A DNA stretch of 64,000 nucleotides from an uncultured Actinomycetota bacterium (GTDB taxonomy: Bacteria; Actinomycetota; Actinomycetes; JAHEKZ01): contig CAWHIJ010000003.1 in assembly GCA_963829525.1 (NCBI GenBank), forward strand, positions 800,001 through 864,000. Direction: 5' to 3'. A program made the position numbers and the translations under genes. Below are positions 1 to 11,767 of this stretch, piece after piece. The notes beneath the pieces were generated by a model. The model worked only from the letters and a program-made list of their open reading frames with translations, searched no databases and had not been told where the DNA came from. Each line of letters starts with the position of its first letter. Positions within the stretch are counted from its first letter, which is position 1.

Positions 1-1
1 T

Positions 2-898
2 GCACAGCGCGAAGGCATCGGGTTCGCCCAGGGACTGGCACAGGCGGGTGTGGTGCCCGGCCTTCCCACGCGTTCGGTCAACGCCATCAACGGCTTCGTC
101 CGCCTGATGGACATGCTGCGCACGCTCGTTGAGGCAGGAACTGGCCCGGCAACAGTTCTGGAGGCAGTCCTCGAGCAGACCGGCTACCTGGCCGAGCTGC
201 AGGCGTCCCATGACCCGCAGGACGAGTCACGAATCGAGAACCTTCGCGAGCTCGAGGCGGTTGCGCACGAGTTCGAGGAGGCTGCTCCGGACGGCACGCT
301 GGCTGACTTCATGGAGCAGGTGGCGCTTGTCGCCGATAGCGACCAGATCCCCGATGCCGGTGAGGACGGCGGGGTCGTCACGCTCATGACCTTGCACACC
401 GCCAAGGGCCTCGAGTTCCCCGTCATCTTCTTGACCGGCATGGAAGACGGTGTCTTCCCGCACATGCGGTCGCTCGGCAACAGCCAAGAGCTCGAGGAAG
501 AGCGCCGGCTCGCCTACGTCGGCATCACTCGCGCTCGCGAGCGGCTCTACCTGAGCCGAGCGGTGATGAGGTCGGCCTGGGGTTCGCCGCAGTGGAACCC
601 GCCGTCGCGTTTCCTTGAGGAGATTCCGGAAGAGCTGGTCGACTGGCAGCGCGAGGACACCGGTCAGTCGGCGCCTCCGCCATCGATTGCCCGCGCAACG
701 CCTGTTCCTGGACGCTCTCCCGGTACCCGTGAGGTGATCGCGCTTGCTGCAGGAGATCGAGTGACGCACGACACCTTTGGACTGGGCAGCGTGGTGTCGA
801 CGGCCGGTGCCGCCGACAAGGCTGAGGCGACGATCGACTTCGGTGACCTAGGGATCAAGCGCCTCCTGCTGCGCTACGCACCGGTGGAGAAGCTGTGA
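2..898 (+). CDS. pcrA: ATP-dependent DNA helicase PcrA/UvrD, 3' part (5'-truncated by window)
   Basis: Motifs TLHTAKGLEF and EEERRLAYVGITRA; C-terminal Tudor-like end GDRVTHDTFGLG...KRLLLRYAPVEKL. Confidence 0.95.
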   Translation, partial: AQREGIGFAQGLAQAGVVPGLPTRSVNAINGFVRLMDMLRTLVEAGTGPATVLEAVLEQTGYLAELQASHDPQDESRIENLRELEAVAHEFEEAAPDGTLADFMEQVALVADSDQIPDAGEDGGVVTLMTLHTAKGLEFPVIFLTGMEDGVFPHMRSLGNSQELEEERRLAYVGITRARERLYLSRAVMRSAWGSPQWNPPSRFLEEIPEELVDWQREDTGQSAPPPSIARATPVPGRSPGTREVIALAAGDRVTHDTFGLGSVVSTAGAADKAEATIDFGDLGIKRLLLRYAPVEKL

Positions 899-922
899 CG
901 GGTGGGCACTCGACGTGCACAT

Positions 923-1417
923 CTACTGAGAGATGGTGCCGGTAAACGTCTCGTGGCCTTCCATCAGTGCCGGGTCGGCCGGGAACTTGGTGACCATTTG
1001 GCCGGATCCTTGCATGCCCTGGTAAGCGCCCGTGCCGCTGAGGACCGTCCACGGTCCGCTCGCGCTCCGCTTCTTCATGTTGCGCGGGTCGAAGGCGATC
1101 GTCAAAGTCCCGTCCGAGCACTCGAAGGTGTGATCAAGCCACCCGTTAGTGGTGTTGCCGTGCCCTCCGCTGAATGTCCCCTTCGGACAGAAGGGCATAT
1201 TGCCGAGGGAGGATCCGTCAAGGACCTTCCCAGCGTCTACGACGTCTTGAAGGTTGGCGTAGGTCTTGATCAGAACCTCCTCTTGACCGTCGATGAGGCT
1301 TGTGGCGGATTGACTTTCAAGTGAGGGAGACGGCGATGCGGTCTCGGCGGCATCGTCTTCGCCGCATCCGCCTAGGACTAAGGCACTAGCGCAGACAGCG
1401 AGCAGAACATTCCGCAT
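923..1417 (-). CDS. Putative lipoprotein, unknown function
   Basis: Signal peptide with lipobox LGGC, low-complexity linker, beta-rich domain (WTVLSGTGAY). Confidence 0.7.
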   Translation of the reverse strand: MRNVLLAVCASALVLGGCGEDDAAETASPSPSLESQSATSLIDGQEEVLIKTYANLQDVVDAGKVLDGSSLGNMPFCPKGTFSGGHGNTTNGWLDHTFECSDGTLTIAFDPRNMKKRSASGPWTVLSGTGAYQGMQGSGQMVTKFPADPALMEGHETFTGTISQ

Positions 1418-1753
1418 GAGGGCAGATAACTCGCCTCTTCAGGGACCTGTCAAGCATTGCTGGCGACTCGTCGGCCGGTGTGCAATGCATAGCTGGCTGC
1501 TTAGAACTGCAGCAACGAAACGTCTTGTGCCTTCAGCCACTTACGAAACTCCTGAGCCTCATCGGAGGAGATCGGCCGTGGGGTCTTCTCGTGCAGTGCT
1601 ACGCGGCAGTAAGAGTCCTGAGGCTCCGGCCAGGAAGACGTTTCCCCTCCGGAGTCGACAAAGCCGTGCCGCCGTCGAACCGCACGCGAGCGCATGTCCA
1701 GCGTCGGTTACTCTTCGAGCGACCGAGCCTGGACCCTGCGCAAGGAGGCGGTA

Positions 1754-2170
1754 GTGAGCGAATCGTCAGCGCCTTCGACGCCGATCCGTGTCGTAGTGGC
1801 CAAGCCTGGTCTCGATGGGCATGACCGCGGGGCCAAGGTGGTGGCGCGTGCGCTTCGCGATGCCGGCGTCGAGGTCGTCTACACCGGACTGCACCAGACG
1901 CCAGAGCAGATCGTCGACGCGGCAATCCAAGAGGACGCCGACGCGGTCGGTCTCTCGGTGCTTTCGGGCGCGCACCTGACGCTGTTCCCCAAGGTCGTCC
2001 AGCTGCTCGCCGAACGCGGCGCGTCCGACATCGTTGTTTTCGGGGGCGGGATCATCCCCGACGCCGACATCCCCGTCCTTGAGGCGGCCGGCGTCGCCAA
2101 GGTCTTCACCCCCGGCGCGTCCACGCACGACATCGTCGCCTGGGTGACGACGACGCTGCGCAGCACTTAG
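1754..2170 (+). CDS. Cobalamin B12-binding domain protein (acyl-CoA mutase small-subunit type)
   Basis: [14 protein letters not shown] DxHxxG motif, SVLSGAH, GGGIIP; RBS AAGGAGG at 1742 before GTG 1754. Confidence 0.9.
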   Translation: MSESSAPSTPIRVVVAKPGLDGHDRGAKVVARALRDAGVEVVYTGLHQTPEQIVDAAIQEDADAVGLSVLSGAHLTLFPKVVQLLAERGASDIVVFGGGIIPDADIPVLEAAGVAKVFTPGASTHDIVAWVTTTLRST

Positions 2171-4241
2171 AGGGCGATGCGCTCCCTTAGGTAGGGAAGC
2201 GGTCGCATGGGGTCGTCGCTGTCGATCTCACGCGCCAGCCGATGGCCGTCGAAGACCGACTCGCTGATCGGACGTGGGGCGAGCGCGTCTCCGATCGCGT
2301 AGACGGCCTCGATTCCGGCTGCTTGCAGAGCGGCTGGGTCGGCGAGCAGCTCTCGATAGAGCTCGTCGTCGGAGCGCTGCTGCGTCACCAGGACGATGCC
2401 AGTCGCACGTCAGCGACCACGGCCGCATCGAACTCGTCGGTACCGCGAACACCTGACTCGTCGACCGCCGTGACGACCGACGTCACGGTGCGGCGGTGAT
2501 TCCTTGCGCGTGAAGGTGCTGACGCAGCATGTCGCCCTCGAGCGACTGCGTCCGACAAGGGCGACACGATGCCGAACGGCGTCACCAGGTGGACGTCGTA
2601 GCCCTCTCCGGCCAGCTGCTCGGCGATTCCCGGCCCCGACGAAGTAGCCGTCAGTGTCGTACACGACGACGGTGCCAGAAGCAGGGTCGCTTGCTTTCGA
2701 GCATCACCTGCTCGGGAGTGAGCACGTGGGCGAGGGAAGCATCCGCGCCTTCGATGTCAGCGTGATCAGGCTGTACGCCGTCACCGCGCCAGGTAGATCC
2801 CGTCGCGACGATGACGATCTGGGCGCCGTAGTCGAGGACATCTGCCGCCGAGAGGCGATGCCCGGTGATGACCTCGACGTTGTCGAGCTTGGCGAGCTGG
2901 ATCGACCGGTAGTCGGTGATGCGCCCCCAGTCGCCAAGCGTCGGCAGCTGACGCGTCCACCGCATCCGGCCGCCGATCTCAGGTGCAGCGTCGACGAGGT
3001 GGACCGCCTCGAACCCACGCTTGCCGAGGACGATGGCGCACTCCATTCCGGCCGGCCCTGCGCCGACGACGAGCACGGCGCGGTCGGCGTTGCCCGCCCT
3101 CGTGAACAGCTCTGGGTGCCAGCCGCGTCTGTACTCCTCGCCGGCCGTCGCGTTCTGAATGCAGCGCGACGTGGTTGTAGACCTCCTCGCGCGCGATGCA
3201 CACGTTCGAGCCGGTGCACTCGCGTACCTCGTCGAGCCGACCCTCGCGGATCTTGCGTCGGCAGGAACGGGTCGGCAATGGCGGGACGGGCGGCGCCGAT
3301 GATGTCGAGTGCACGGGTGCGGACGATCTCGGCCATCAGGTCCGGCCGACGTGTAGCGGCCGACACCGACCACGGGCTTCTCGGTGGCTTCGCGGACCCG
3401 GTCCGTCCACGGACGTTCGTGGCCCTCGGGGTAGTAGCGCGACGTGCCGGAGTCCTCCGGCCAGACGCCGACGTTCACATCGAAGAGGTCGACCAAGCGG
3501 CGAAGCCATGCGAGATCAGCTCGAGCATGTCGTCGGTCTCGATGCCGGGCAGGCCCTCGCGCCCGTTGACCGGGATCCGAGTGGCGACCGCGCAGTCGGC
3601 GCCGACGGCGTCGCGGACGGCCTCCAGCGTCTCGAGCCAGAAGCGTCCGCGGTTCTCCAGCGTTCCGCCGTAGCGCGTCGGTGCGCTGGTTGAGATAGGT
3701 CGAGAAGAACTCCTGACAGCAGGTATCCGTGCGCGCCGTAGAGATAGACGATGTCGAACCCCACGTCTCTGGCCCGCCGGGCGGCATCCACCCACTCGCG
3801 CTGGATCCTGGCGATGTCGTCGGCATCCATCTCTTTGGGAAGGCCGCCCCAGATCAGCTGCGAACGGTGCTGGGTGGGGGCGACGCGGACGGCTCGCGAC
3901 TGCCCGTTCTCGCTGTGCGCTCCGCCGTGGAAGAGCTCGATGCCAGCAAGTCCGCCGTGCGCGTGAATGGCCTCGGCGGAGAGGCCGAGCGCCTTGGCGT
4001 CAGCGTCGTCCCAGAAGAGCGCCGAGACCGCGGGGGACTCTTCGCTCTCCAGTGAGAAGGACGTGTAGTCGACGCAGACGCCACCCCAGCCGCCTTCGGC
4101 CTTGATTCCCCGGAAAGCGGCGTGCGTACGCGGTCGCTCGACACCGAAGCCGGAGGCGTGCGGCACCTGGTAGAAGCGGTTGGGGAGAGTCTTGGGGCCG
4201 ATGTCGATGGGCTCGAACAGGACGGCGTGGCGGGGGTCCAC
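2167..4241 (-). pseudogene. Trimethylamine/histamine dehydrogenase-family NADH:flavin oxidoreductase, multiply frameshifted
   Basis: Pieces in alternating frames: LFEPIDIGPKTLPNRFYQVPH, YGAHGYLLS, YGGTLENR, ECTGSNVC, CIQNATAGEEYRRGWHPE, VGAGPAGME, AIGDALAP...GHRLARE. Confidence 0.8.
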
Positions 4242-4283
4242 GGTGCTCCTCGTCGTAGTGCCCGGTCGGCGACGCAGGCGCTT

Positions 4284-4304
4284 ACTGATCCGCCAGTCAG
4301 TCTA
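4284..4304 (-). promoter_or_regulatory. Palindrome ACTGA-N8-TCAGT overlapping a TAGACT -10 box upstream of the flavoenzyme gene (TetR-like operator candidate)
   Basis: ACTGA 4284-4288 / TCAGT 4297-4301; regulator identity is inference. Confidence 0.35.
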
Positions 4305-4366
4305 GTGACAGAGCGTTCACCGCGCAGGGGTGTTGTTCGGAGCCGCTGCGGGCTAGCGTCGAAGCC

Positions 4367-5155
4367 ATGCACCTGACTGATGGAACCTTCGGATGGGTTG
4401 ACCTGCAGACGTCCGACGTGGCGGCGGCCAAGGCCTTCTACTCCAGCTTCTTCGGCTGGACCTACGACGACATGCCAACGCCGATGGGCGTCGACTACAC
4501 GATGTGCCATCTCGATGGCCAGATGGTCGCGGGAATGAGTCCCCAGCCACCGCACCTGGCGGCAGCCGGGGTGCCACCGATGTGGAACTCGTACGTGTTC
4601 GTCGAAGATGTCGACGCCATTGTGGCTGCTACTACGGCTGCTGGTGGCTCGGTGGTCGTGCCGCCGATGGACGTCATGGATTCCGGTCGCATGGCGATGA
4701 TCGCGAGCCCGGACGGCGCGGTGGTTGGTGCCTGGCAGCCGATCGAGCACGAGGGGGCAGAGCTTTTCAATGCCCCCGGTGCGCTGGCTTGGAACGAGCT
4801 GCAGTCACGCGACCTTGGCCCCGCGAGAGAGTTCCTGTCGACGGTCTTTGGCTGGCGCTGGGAAGCGCAGAATCCCGGAGGCATGGAGTACTACGTGGGC
4901 CACGTGGACGGCAAGTCCGACGACACCTCCAACTGTGGCGCCATGAACATGCCAGAGAGCGTCCCGCTAGAGGCGCCCAGTATGTGGATCGTCTACTTCG
5001 GCGTCGCGGACTGCGATGCCAGCGCCGACGCAGTGGCCGGCCTCGGTGGACAGCTCTTCATGCGTCCGATGGAGATGGGTCCTGGGAAGTTCGCTGGAGC
5101 CACCGATCCGACAGGGGCGATGTTCTTCTTCGGGTCGTTCCCCGACTCGGCCTGA
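4367..5155 (+). CDS. VOC/glyoxalase family protein (two-domain, CFP32-like)
   Basis: GTFGWVDLQTSDVAAAKAFY and GALAWNELQSRD repeated VOC domains; DPTGAMF. Confidence 0.9.
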   Translation: MHLTDGTFGWVDLQTSDVAAAKAFYSSFFGWTYDDMPTPMGVDYTMCHLDGQMVAGMSPQPPHLAAAGVPPMWNSYVFVEDVDAIVAATTAAGGSVVVPPMDVMDSGRMAMIASPDGAVVGAWQPIEHEGAELFNAPGALAWNELQSRDLGPAREFLSTVFGWRWEAQNPGGMEYYVGHVDGKSDDTSNCGAMNMPESVPLEAPSMWIVYFGVADCDASADAVAGLGGQLFMRPMEMGPGKFAGATDPTGAMFFFGSFPDSA

Positions 5156-5172
5156 CCGCTCCGTTTGCCGAC

Positions 5173-5206
5173 AGCCCCCGGGCGAGACCGCCGGTCTCTC
5201 GGGGCT
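5173..5206 (+). terminator. GC-rich stem-loop after VOC gene
   Basis: AGCCCCCGGGCGAGACCG / CGGTCTCTCGGGGCT imperfect inverted repeat. Confidence 0.5.
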
Positions 5207-5291
5207 AGGCTCCGATCATCGGTAGGCGGTCGCCGGGACCAGCTCAATGTGGGGCGGCCTGGACGTGCCAGAGTTGAAGGTGAGGCCCCGC

Positions 5292-6467
5292 GTGGACCTG
5301 TTCGAGTATCAAGCCAAAGAGCTCTTCGCCAGGCACGATGTTCCAGTTACCCCAGGGACGGTCGCGCTCACGACGGCCGAGGCCAGAAGCGCCGCTGAGA
5401 GGTACGGCGGGCTCGTCGTCGTCAAGGCCCAGGTCAAGACCGGCGGACGCGGAAAGGCCGGCGGCGTCAAGCTCGCCGACTCGCCAGACGACGCAGAGAC
5501 CAAAGCTGGCGACATCCTCGGTCTCGACATCAAAGGGCACGTCGTGCGTCGGCTGCTCATCACCCCGGCTGCCGACATCGAGACCGAGTACTACGTCTCG
5601 TTCCTGCTTGACCGCGCCAACCGCACCTACTTGGCCATGGCCAGCGTCGAGGGGGGCATGGACATCGAAGAGGTAGCCAGAACCAAGCCCGAGGCTCTGG
5701 CCATGGTGCCGATCGATGCTCTGACCGGCGTCGACGCAGCCAAAGCGCGCGAGATCGTTGCCAAGGCTAACTTCCCCGTGGACGTCGCCGACCAAGTCGC
5801 AGAGGTCCTGCAGAAGCTCTGGCGCGTGATCGTCGAGGAGGACGCCACTTTGGTCGAGGTCAACCCCCTCGTGAAGACGCCAGATGGTCAGATCCTCGCG
5901 CTCGATGGCAAGGTCACCCTCGACGAGAACGCAGACTTTCGCCATCCGGACAACGCCCAGTACGTCGTTCACGATGAGACCGACCCGCTCGAGGTCGCCG
6001 CCAAGGCCAAGGACCTCAACTACGTCAAGCTCGACGGATCTGTCGGCATCATCGGCAACGGCGCCGGTCTTGTGATGAGCACTCTCGACGTTGTTGCGTA
6101 CGCCGGTGAGGAGTTCGGCGGCGTCAAGCCGGCCAACTTCCTGGACATCGGTGGTGGCGCATCCGCCGAGGTGATGGCCAATGGGCTGGAGATCATCCTC
6201 AGCGACGCGCAGGTGAAGGCCGTATTCGTCAACGTATTCGGCGGAATCACGTCCTGCGACGCCGTGGCCGAGGGCATCGTGCAGGCATTCACGATGCTCG
6301 CCGAGCGCGGCGATGCGGTAGACCGACCGATTGTCTGCCGCCTCGACGGCAACAACGCGGCAGAGGGTCGCCGAATCCTTGACGAGGCTGAACACGACGT
6401 TGTCGAACTCGTGGACACGATGGATGCTGCGGCCCGTCGGGTCGCTGAACTCGCGGCTGCGAAGTAG
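5292..6467 (+). CDS. sucC: Succinyl-CoA synthetase beta subunit
   Basis: (M)[42 protein letters not shown]. Confidence 0.97.
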   Translation: MDLFEYQAKELFARHDVPVTPGTVALTTAEARSAAERYGGLVVVKAQVKTGGRGKAGGVKLADSPDDAETKAGDILGLDIKGHVVRRLLITPAADIETEYYVSFLLDRANRTYLAMASVEGGMDIEEVARTKPEALAMVPIDALTGVDAAKAREIVAKANFPVDVADQVAEVLQKLWRVIVEEDATLVEVNPLVKTPDGQILALDGKVTLDENADFRHPDNAQYVVHDETDPLEVAAKAKDLNYVKLDGSVGIIGNGAGLVMSTLDVVAYAGEEFGGVKPANFLDIGGGASAEVMANGLEIILSDAQVKAVFVNVFGGITSCDAVAEGIVQAFTMLAERGDAVDRPIVCRLDGNNAAEGRRILDEAEHDVVELVDTMDAAARRVAELAAAK

Positions 6468-6477
6468 GGGGGCTCAC

Positions 6478-7359
6478 ATGTCGGTCTGGCTCAACTCTGA
6501 CAGTCGCATCCTCGTCCAGGGGATCACTGGCTCCGAAGGCACCAAACACACCCGCCGCATGGTGGCGTCCGGATCAACGGTTGTTGCGGGTGTCACCCCT
6601 GGCAAAGGTGGCCAGACCGTTGACGGAGGTAAGGGCGACATCCCCGTCTTCGGTTCGGTCTCTGACGGTGTCCAGGCAACAGGTGCTGACGTCGCGGTGG
6701 TGTTCGTCCCTCCGCGCTTTGCCAAGGCGGCAGTCATGGAGACTGTCGACGCCGGCGTCCCCCTGTGCGTGGTCATCACCGAAGGGATCCCCGTCGGTGA
6801 CACCGCGCAGTTTTTCCAGTATTCGCAGAACGCAGGGGGCACGCGGATCATCGGGCCGAACTGCCCAGGCATCATCAGCCCAGGGCAGTCGAATGCCGGC
6901 ATCATCCCTGCGACGATTGCTGGGCGTGGGCCGATCGGGCTGGTCAGCAAAAGCGGAACGTTGACTTACCAGATGATGTACGAGCTCCGCGAAATCGGCT
7001 TCTCGACTGGCATCGGGATCGGGGGAGACCCCGTGGTGGGGACCACGCACATCGACGCATTGGCGGCGTTCGAAGCGGACCCCGAGACCGAAGCCATTGT
7101 GATGATTGGCGAAATCGGTGGGGACGCCGAGGAGCGAGCAGCCGCTTACATCGCCGACAACGTCACCAAGCCGGTGGTCGGCTACGTCGCTGGTTTCACC
7201 GCCCCCGAGGGCAAGACCATGGGCCACGCCGGTGCCATCGTGTCCGGTTCGTCGGGAACAGCCGCGGCCAAGGCCGACGCTCTCGAGGCAGCCGGCGTTC
7301 GGGTCGGCAAGACACCGAGCGCGACAGCAGCACTCATGCGCGACCTCGTCGGCGGCTGA
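6478..7359 (+). CDS. sucD: Succinyl-CoA synthetase alpha subunit
   Basis: [28 protein letters not shown] phospho-His motif. Confidence 0.97.
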   Translation: MSVWLNSDSRILVQGITGSEGTKHTRRMVASGSTVVAGVTPGKGGQTVDGGKGDIPVFGSVSDGVQATGADVAVVFVPPRFAKAAVMETVDAGVPLCVVITEGIPVGDTAQFFQYSQNAGGTRIIGPNCPGIISPGQSNAGIIPATIAGRGPIGLVSKSGTLTYQMMYELREIGFSTGIGIGGDPVVGTTHIDALAAFEADPETEAIVMIGEIGGDAEERAAAYIADNVTKPVVGYVAGFTAPEGKTMGHAGAIVSGSSGTAAAKADALEAAGVRVGKTPSATAALMRDLVGG

Positions 7360-7416
7360 CACTCGGCCGGCTGTTGAGGGCGCGCCTCCATCGTCTGAGG
7401 CAGTCGTCTTGCGACG

Positions 7417-8716
7417 ATGGCGGGGATGACGACCAGCTCACGGCCCGCGCGCCCCGCTACGCGCACATCGCGAGCGAAGGCCCACAGCCACGACTCTGTC
7501 AGTATCGCGTTTGCTGCAGCTGTTTCGGCGGCGCTGGTGGTGCTCATCGGCGTTGCACTGGCTTTCATCGTCACGCTGGGATCCTGGGCACTGGCACCCC
7601 ATGCGGCTGAAACCGGCCCTGACGTTGCAGCCCGAGTCGCAGTCGGCCTTTGGCTCTATATCCACCATGTGCCGCTCGACATTGGCACTGTGTCCTTAGG
7701 CCTGGTCCCCCTTGGACTGCTCGTCATCCCTGGGCTACTCACCTACGCCGGAGGCCGTCAGGTGGCGCGAATGGTGCGCCCGCAGAGCCTCACCGATGTG
7801 ACCAGGGCGGTCATCCCCTTCGCCCTGGTCTACGGACTCCTGGCCGCAGTCGTGGCCGGAGTGGTGCGCTCGGAGGTCGTGCAGCCAGCACCGCGCACTG
7901 CTTTCGTCGCGGCAACGCTCATTGCTGCTATCGGAGGAGGGCTGGGGCTTCTGCGGGCGTCCGGTCTGCTGCGTGAGGCCATCGAGGTGGTTCCCGGTCC
8001 GGCTCGCGGACGTCGCGGCGTCCGCGGTGGCTGGGGTGGCGACCGTCGTCATGGTCGGCGCAGCGCTCACCACCATCGCCCTTGCCATCGGCTTCCCCGA
8101 TGCCGCCGAGATGTTCCGGGCGTTAGACGCCGGATGGTCGGGGGTTCCTGTGCTCGTACTGCTCACGGTGGCCTTTGTGCCGAATCTCGTCTTGTGGACG
8201 GTCTCCTTCACCACCGGTCTGGGCTTCCCACTGGGCACCGGCGGTGTTGTCTCCCCCAGGAGCGTGGACTACGGCGCGCTGCCGGTGTTCCCACCCCTTG
8301 CCGCCCTGCCGCCGCAGGGTGACCCGGGAATCTGGGCCTACGTTGCTCTGGCTGCGCCATTGCTGGGCGGGTACGCGGTGGCGGCTGTTCAGCATCGTCG
8401 ACAGGGTCACATCCCGGTCGAGCATCTGGCAGCCCGTGCCGCGGCCGGCGGAGCCCTTGGTGGGCTCGGGATCGGCGTGCTCTGCTGGCTGAGTGCCGGT
8501 TCGGTGGGGAACCAGGCATTGAGCTCGCTGGGGCCGGTCGGTTGGCGGGTAGGTCTCGTTGCCGGGCTGGAGATGGCTCTGGTGAGTGCTGTCGTGGCCT
8601 GGGAGCTGCATCGTCGCGCCGGCTCAGCTGGAGGGCGACTCATCGATCTGAGGGATCGGGTGTCGCTGCCGCCAAACCTTGCCCAGCAGGTGAAGACGGC
8701 ACTCCGCCGCAAGTAG
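7417..8716 (+). CDS. DUF6350/PerM-like multi-pass membrane protein; one apparent frameshift near 7990-8010
   Basis: Hydrophobic ORFs 7417.. and ..8716 join into one protein; conserved slot between sucD and purN; FVPN and GALPVFP motifs. Confidence 0.75.
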
Positions 8717-8732
8717 CCCCCCAGTAGGGTTC

Positions 8733-9347
8733 GTGACCGTGGCTCGTTCCCGCTTGGTCGTCCTGGTCTCCGGAGGCGGCACCAACCTGCAGGCGTTGAT
8801 CGACGCCTCCGACGCTGCTGAGTACCCGGCAAATGTCGTGGCAGTTGGGGCCGATCGCCCGGAAAGTGCAGCCCTGGAACGGGCGACGGCTGCCGACATC
8901 CCCACCTTTGTTGCTGCGCCGAGCCAGTACAACGACCGAGCGTCATGGGATGTCGCGCTGACGGAGGCTACCGCCGTCTACCGACCAGACCTCGTCGTGC
9001 TGGCCGGCTTCATGCGGTTGGTCGGCCCGATATTCCTTGAACGGTTCCCTGGCCGAGTCATCAACACTCATCCCGCACTGTCGCCCGCATTTCCCGGGAT
9101 GCATGGCCCCCGCGATGCTCTGGCGTACGGAGTCAAGGTCACGGGCTGCACCATCTTTGTCGTCGATTCCGGAGTCGACACGGGGCCGATCGTTGCACAG
9201 GTGGCGATCCCGGTCCTCGATGACGACGACGAGGAGAGCTTGCACGAGCGGATCAAAGAGCACGAGCGAGATCTGCTCGTCAAGACCGTGGCCGACCTGG
9301 TCACCGACCGTTATCGCATCGAGGGAAGAAAGGTCGTGCGCCCGTGA
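8733..9347 (+). CDS. purN: Phosphoribosylglycinamide formyltransferase
   Basis: [32 protein letters not shown]. Confidence 0.96.
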   Translation: MTVARSRLVVLVSGGGTNLQALIDASDAAEYPANVVAVGADRPESAALERATAADIPTFVAAPSQYNDRASWDVALTEATAVYRPDLVVLAGFMRLVGPIFLERFPGRVINTHPALSPAFPGMHGPRDALAYGVKVTGCTIFVVDSGVDTGPIVAQVAIPVLDDDDEESLHERIKEHERDLLVKTVADLVTDRYRIEGRKVVRP

Positions 9348-10909
9348 CGCAGCGCCCCGTTCGTCGAGCTCTGGTGAGCGTCTACGACAAGACCGGTCTG
9401 ACCGAGCTGGCTCAGGGATTAGCTGCCGCGGGCGTGAGCCTGGTATCCACCGGGTCGACAGCCGCGCGGATCGCCGAGGCCGGCGTCCCGGTCACGAAGG
9501 TGGAAGACCTCACGGGATTTCCTGAGTGTCTCGACGGGCGGGTCAAAACGCTTCACCCGCGGGTGCACGCTGGAATCCTGGCTGACAGGCGCAAGCCCGA
9601 CCACGAGCAACAGCTGGTCGACCTCGGAATCGAGGCGTTTGATCTAGTCGTCGTCAATCTCTACCCCTTCAGGCAGACCGTCGACTCGGGAGCATCCTCG
9701 GACGAGTGCATCGAGCAGATCGATATCGGCGGCCCGTCGATGGTGCGTGCCGCTGCCAAGAACCATCCCAGCGTCGCTGTTGTCGTGTCGCCGGAGCGGT
9801 ATGCCGAGGTGTTGGATGCGGTGCGTGCGGGTGGCTTCACACTCGAGCAGCGTCAGCGGCTCGCGGCGGACGCCTTTGTGCACACGGGCACTTACGATGT
9901 CGCCGTAGCCTCGTGGATGAACAGCGTCGTTGCGCCTGAAACGGACGGGAACGGCTTCCCATCCTGGATCGGCGGCACCTGGGATCGGGAAAGCGTTCTT
10001 CGCTACGGAGAGAATCCGCACCAGCGGGCGGCGCTCTACACGAGTGGTTATGGTCCTGACGGACTCGCTCAGGCTCAGCAGCTGCACGGCAAAGAGATGT
10101 CTTACAACAACTACATCGACGCAGACGCCGCTCGTCGCGCGGCCTACGACCACGGCGCAGCATGCGTTGCGATCATCAAGCACGCGAACCCATGTGGCAT
10201 TGCAGTCGACTCCGCGAGCGTTGCGGTGGCTTATCGCAAGGCGTTCGAGTGCGACCCCGTGTCGGCGTTCGGTGGCGTTGTCGCGAGCAACCGGCCCATC
10301 ACGTTGGCGATGGCCGAGGCAATGGGCGATGTCTTCACAGAGGTGGTGGTGGCCCCCGACTTCGAGGCGGATGCGCTCGAACTTCTGCGCGAGAAGAAGA
10401 ATGTGAGGCTGCTGCGGTGCGCCCCTGTTCCGGATGGCGAGGCGATCGAGACCCGGCCGATCAGTGGCGGTCTGCTGATGCAGATTCGCGACGCGCTGCA
10501 AGCCGATGGCGACGACCCCGCGAGGTGGACCCTTGCGGCCGGTGCAGCCTCAGATAATGCCACGCTGCGGGATCTTGCCTTCGCCTGGCGCTCCTGCCGG
10601 TCGGTGAAGTCGAATGCCATTCTGCTGGCCAGCGACGAGGCAAGCGTCGGTGTGGGCATGGGACAAGTGAGCCGGGTCGACAGCGCCAAGCTGGCGGTGA
10701 TGCGGGCGGGAGCCGAGCGGGCCTCCGGATCGGTAGCGGCGTCGGATGCCTTCTTCCCGTTCCCCGATGGGCTGAACGTTCTCATCGATGCGGGGGTGCG
10801 CGCGGTCGTTCAGCCAGGCGGCTCGGTGCGCGACGACGAGATCATTGCCGTCGCTGAGGCAGCCGGCGTGACGATGTACTTCACTGGGACCCGACACTTC
10901 TTCCATTAA
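9344..10909 (+). CDS. purH: Bifunctional AICAR formyltransferase/IMP cyclohydrolase
   Basis: [50 protein letters not shown]; GTGA overlap with purN. Confidence 0.97.
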   Translation: MTQRPVRRALVSVYDKTGLTELAQGLAAAGVSLVSTGSTAARIAEAGVPVTKVEDLTGFPECLDGRVKTLHPRVHAGILADRRKPDHEQQLVDLGIEAFDLVVVNLYPFRQTVDSGASSDECIEQIDIGGPSMVRAAAKNHPSVAVVVSPERYAEVLDAVRAGGFTLEQRQRLAADAFVHTGTYDVAVASWMNSVVAPETDGNGFPSWIGGTWDRESVLRYGENPHQRAALYTSGYGPDGLAQAQQLHGKEMSYNNYIDADAARRAAYDHGAACVAIIKHANPCGIAVDSASVAVAYRKAFECDPVSAFGGVVASNRPITLAMAEAMGDVFTEVVVAPDFEADALELLREKKNVRLLRCAPVPDGEAIETRPISGGLLMQIRDALQADGDDPARWTLAAGAASDNATLRDLAFAWRSCRSVKSNAILLASDEASVGVGMGQVSRVDSAKLAVMRAGAERASGSVAASDAFFPFPDGLNVLIDAGVRAVVQPGGSVRDDEIIAVAEAAGVTMYFTGTRHFFH

Positions 10910-10920
10910 CAGGAGAGACC

Positions 10921-11238
10921 ATGAGCGGATCGCATCAAGTCCCTGCCACGAGCTCCGCGCCGGGCGGTCAGCTACGTCGGCTGTCGCTGTCTCTGCTCGT
11001 GGGAGGGCTGATCGCGCTCGGCATCTCAGTGATAGTCCAATGGGCGCAGTTCGGGGGAAGGTTCTCGATGCGTGGTGACTTCGGAGGCGGGTATGGAACG
11101 GCGCTGCTTGTCCAACTTCTCAGCGTCCTCGGAACCGTCTCATTGACGGGTGCCGTCTTCGGTTTCCTGCTGCTCGCGATGCGCGCTGATCGCGAGGGCC
11201 ATGGTGCTCCTAGCGTAGGTGCCGAGGATCTCGAATGA
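10921..11238 (+). CDS. Small hypothetical membrane protein (2 TM)
   Basis: RBS AGGAG, two hydrophobic segments. Confidence 0.6.
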   Translation: MSGSHQVPATSSAPGGQLRRLSLSLLVGGLIALGISVIVQWAQFGGRFSMRGDFGGGYGTALLVQLLSVLGTVSLTGAVFGFLLLAMRADREGHGAPSVGAEDLE

Positions 11239-11306
11239 GGCGAACCTGCGAACAGACAACATTCGGTGATCTGTCCTTCGCCTAGCGTGCCCTGTCGGTA
11301 CCGGCT

Positions 11307-11687
11307 TCAGTCGACGATTACGCGGTGCTCACCTTCGGCAACCCAGGACAAGACCTCGGTTCGTGACAGTGTGCGGTGGCCGCAGTCGCACCAAGCCGGG
11401 AGTGCGTCATCGGCAGTGGGCTGTGCGACGCTCAGTAAGTCGAGCCATCGGGTCGGCTCGTGATCGCCATGGGGTACGTCGGGCAGGTCGAAGGATCCGT
11501 GGCTCCTGGCCCGGACCGGGGCGGCGTAGATCAGTCCGAGATCGGTGGCGTAGACGGTAGCGACATGGTGACTCTTCGCGCACTGCACGCGAAGGATGAT
11601 GGCGTCTCGTCCGCTGTGGGGGAGTGCGGCCAAGACTTGGTCTGCCTGCTGGCTGCGTAACTCATGTGATCCTGTTGTTGTCCGCAT
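11307..11687 (-). CDS. Hypothetical protein with Cys/His clusters (possible metal binding)
   Basis: VQCAKSHHVA and WCDCGHR; divergent from the agmatine deiminase gene. Confidence 0.6.
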   Translation of the reverse strand: MRTTTGSHELRSQQADQVLAALPHSGRDAIILRVQCAKSHHVATVYATDLGLIYAAPVRARSHGSFDLPDVPHGDHEPTRWLDLLSVAQPTADDALPAWCDCGHRTLSRTEVLSWVAEGEHRVIVD

Positions 11688-11767
11688 ATCTCAAGGATCC
11701 GCGGTCCTGGGCGCTGCTGCCAGGGTCCAACGGTCCACAGGATCCGGCCCCGCCCTAGGCTCGTCAC

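Noticed and set aside
1440-1700. Possible small gene (1501-1695, minus) or decayed pcrA tail (KRLV..PLTKL)
   Set aside because: Needs several indels to align and has no start signals; too weak to call by eye.
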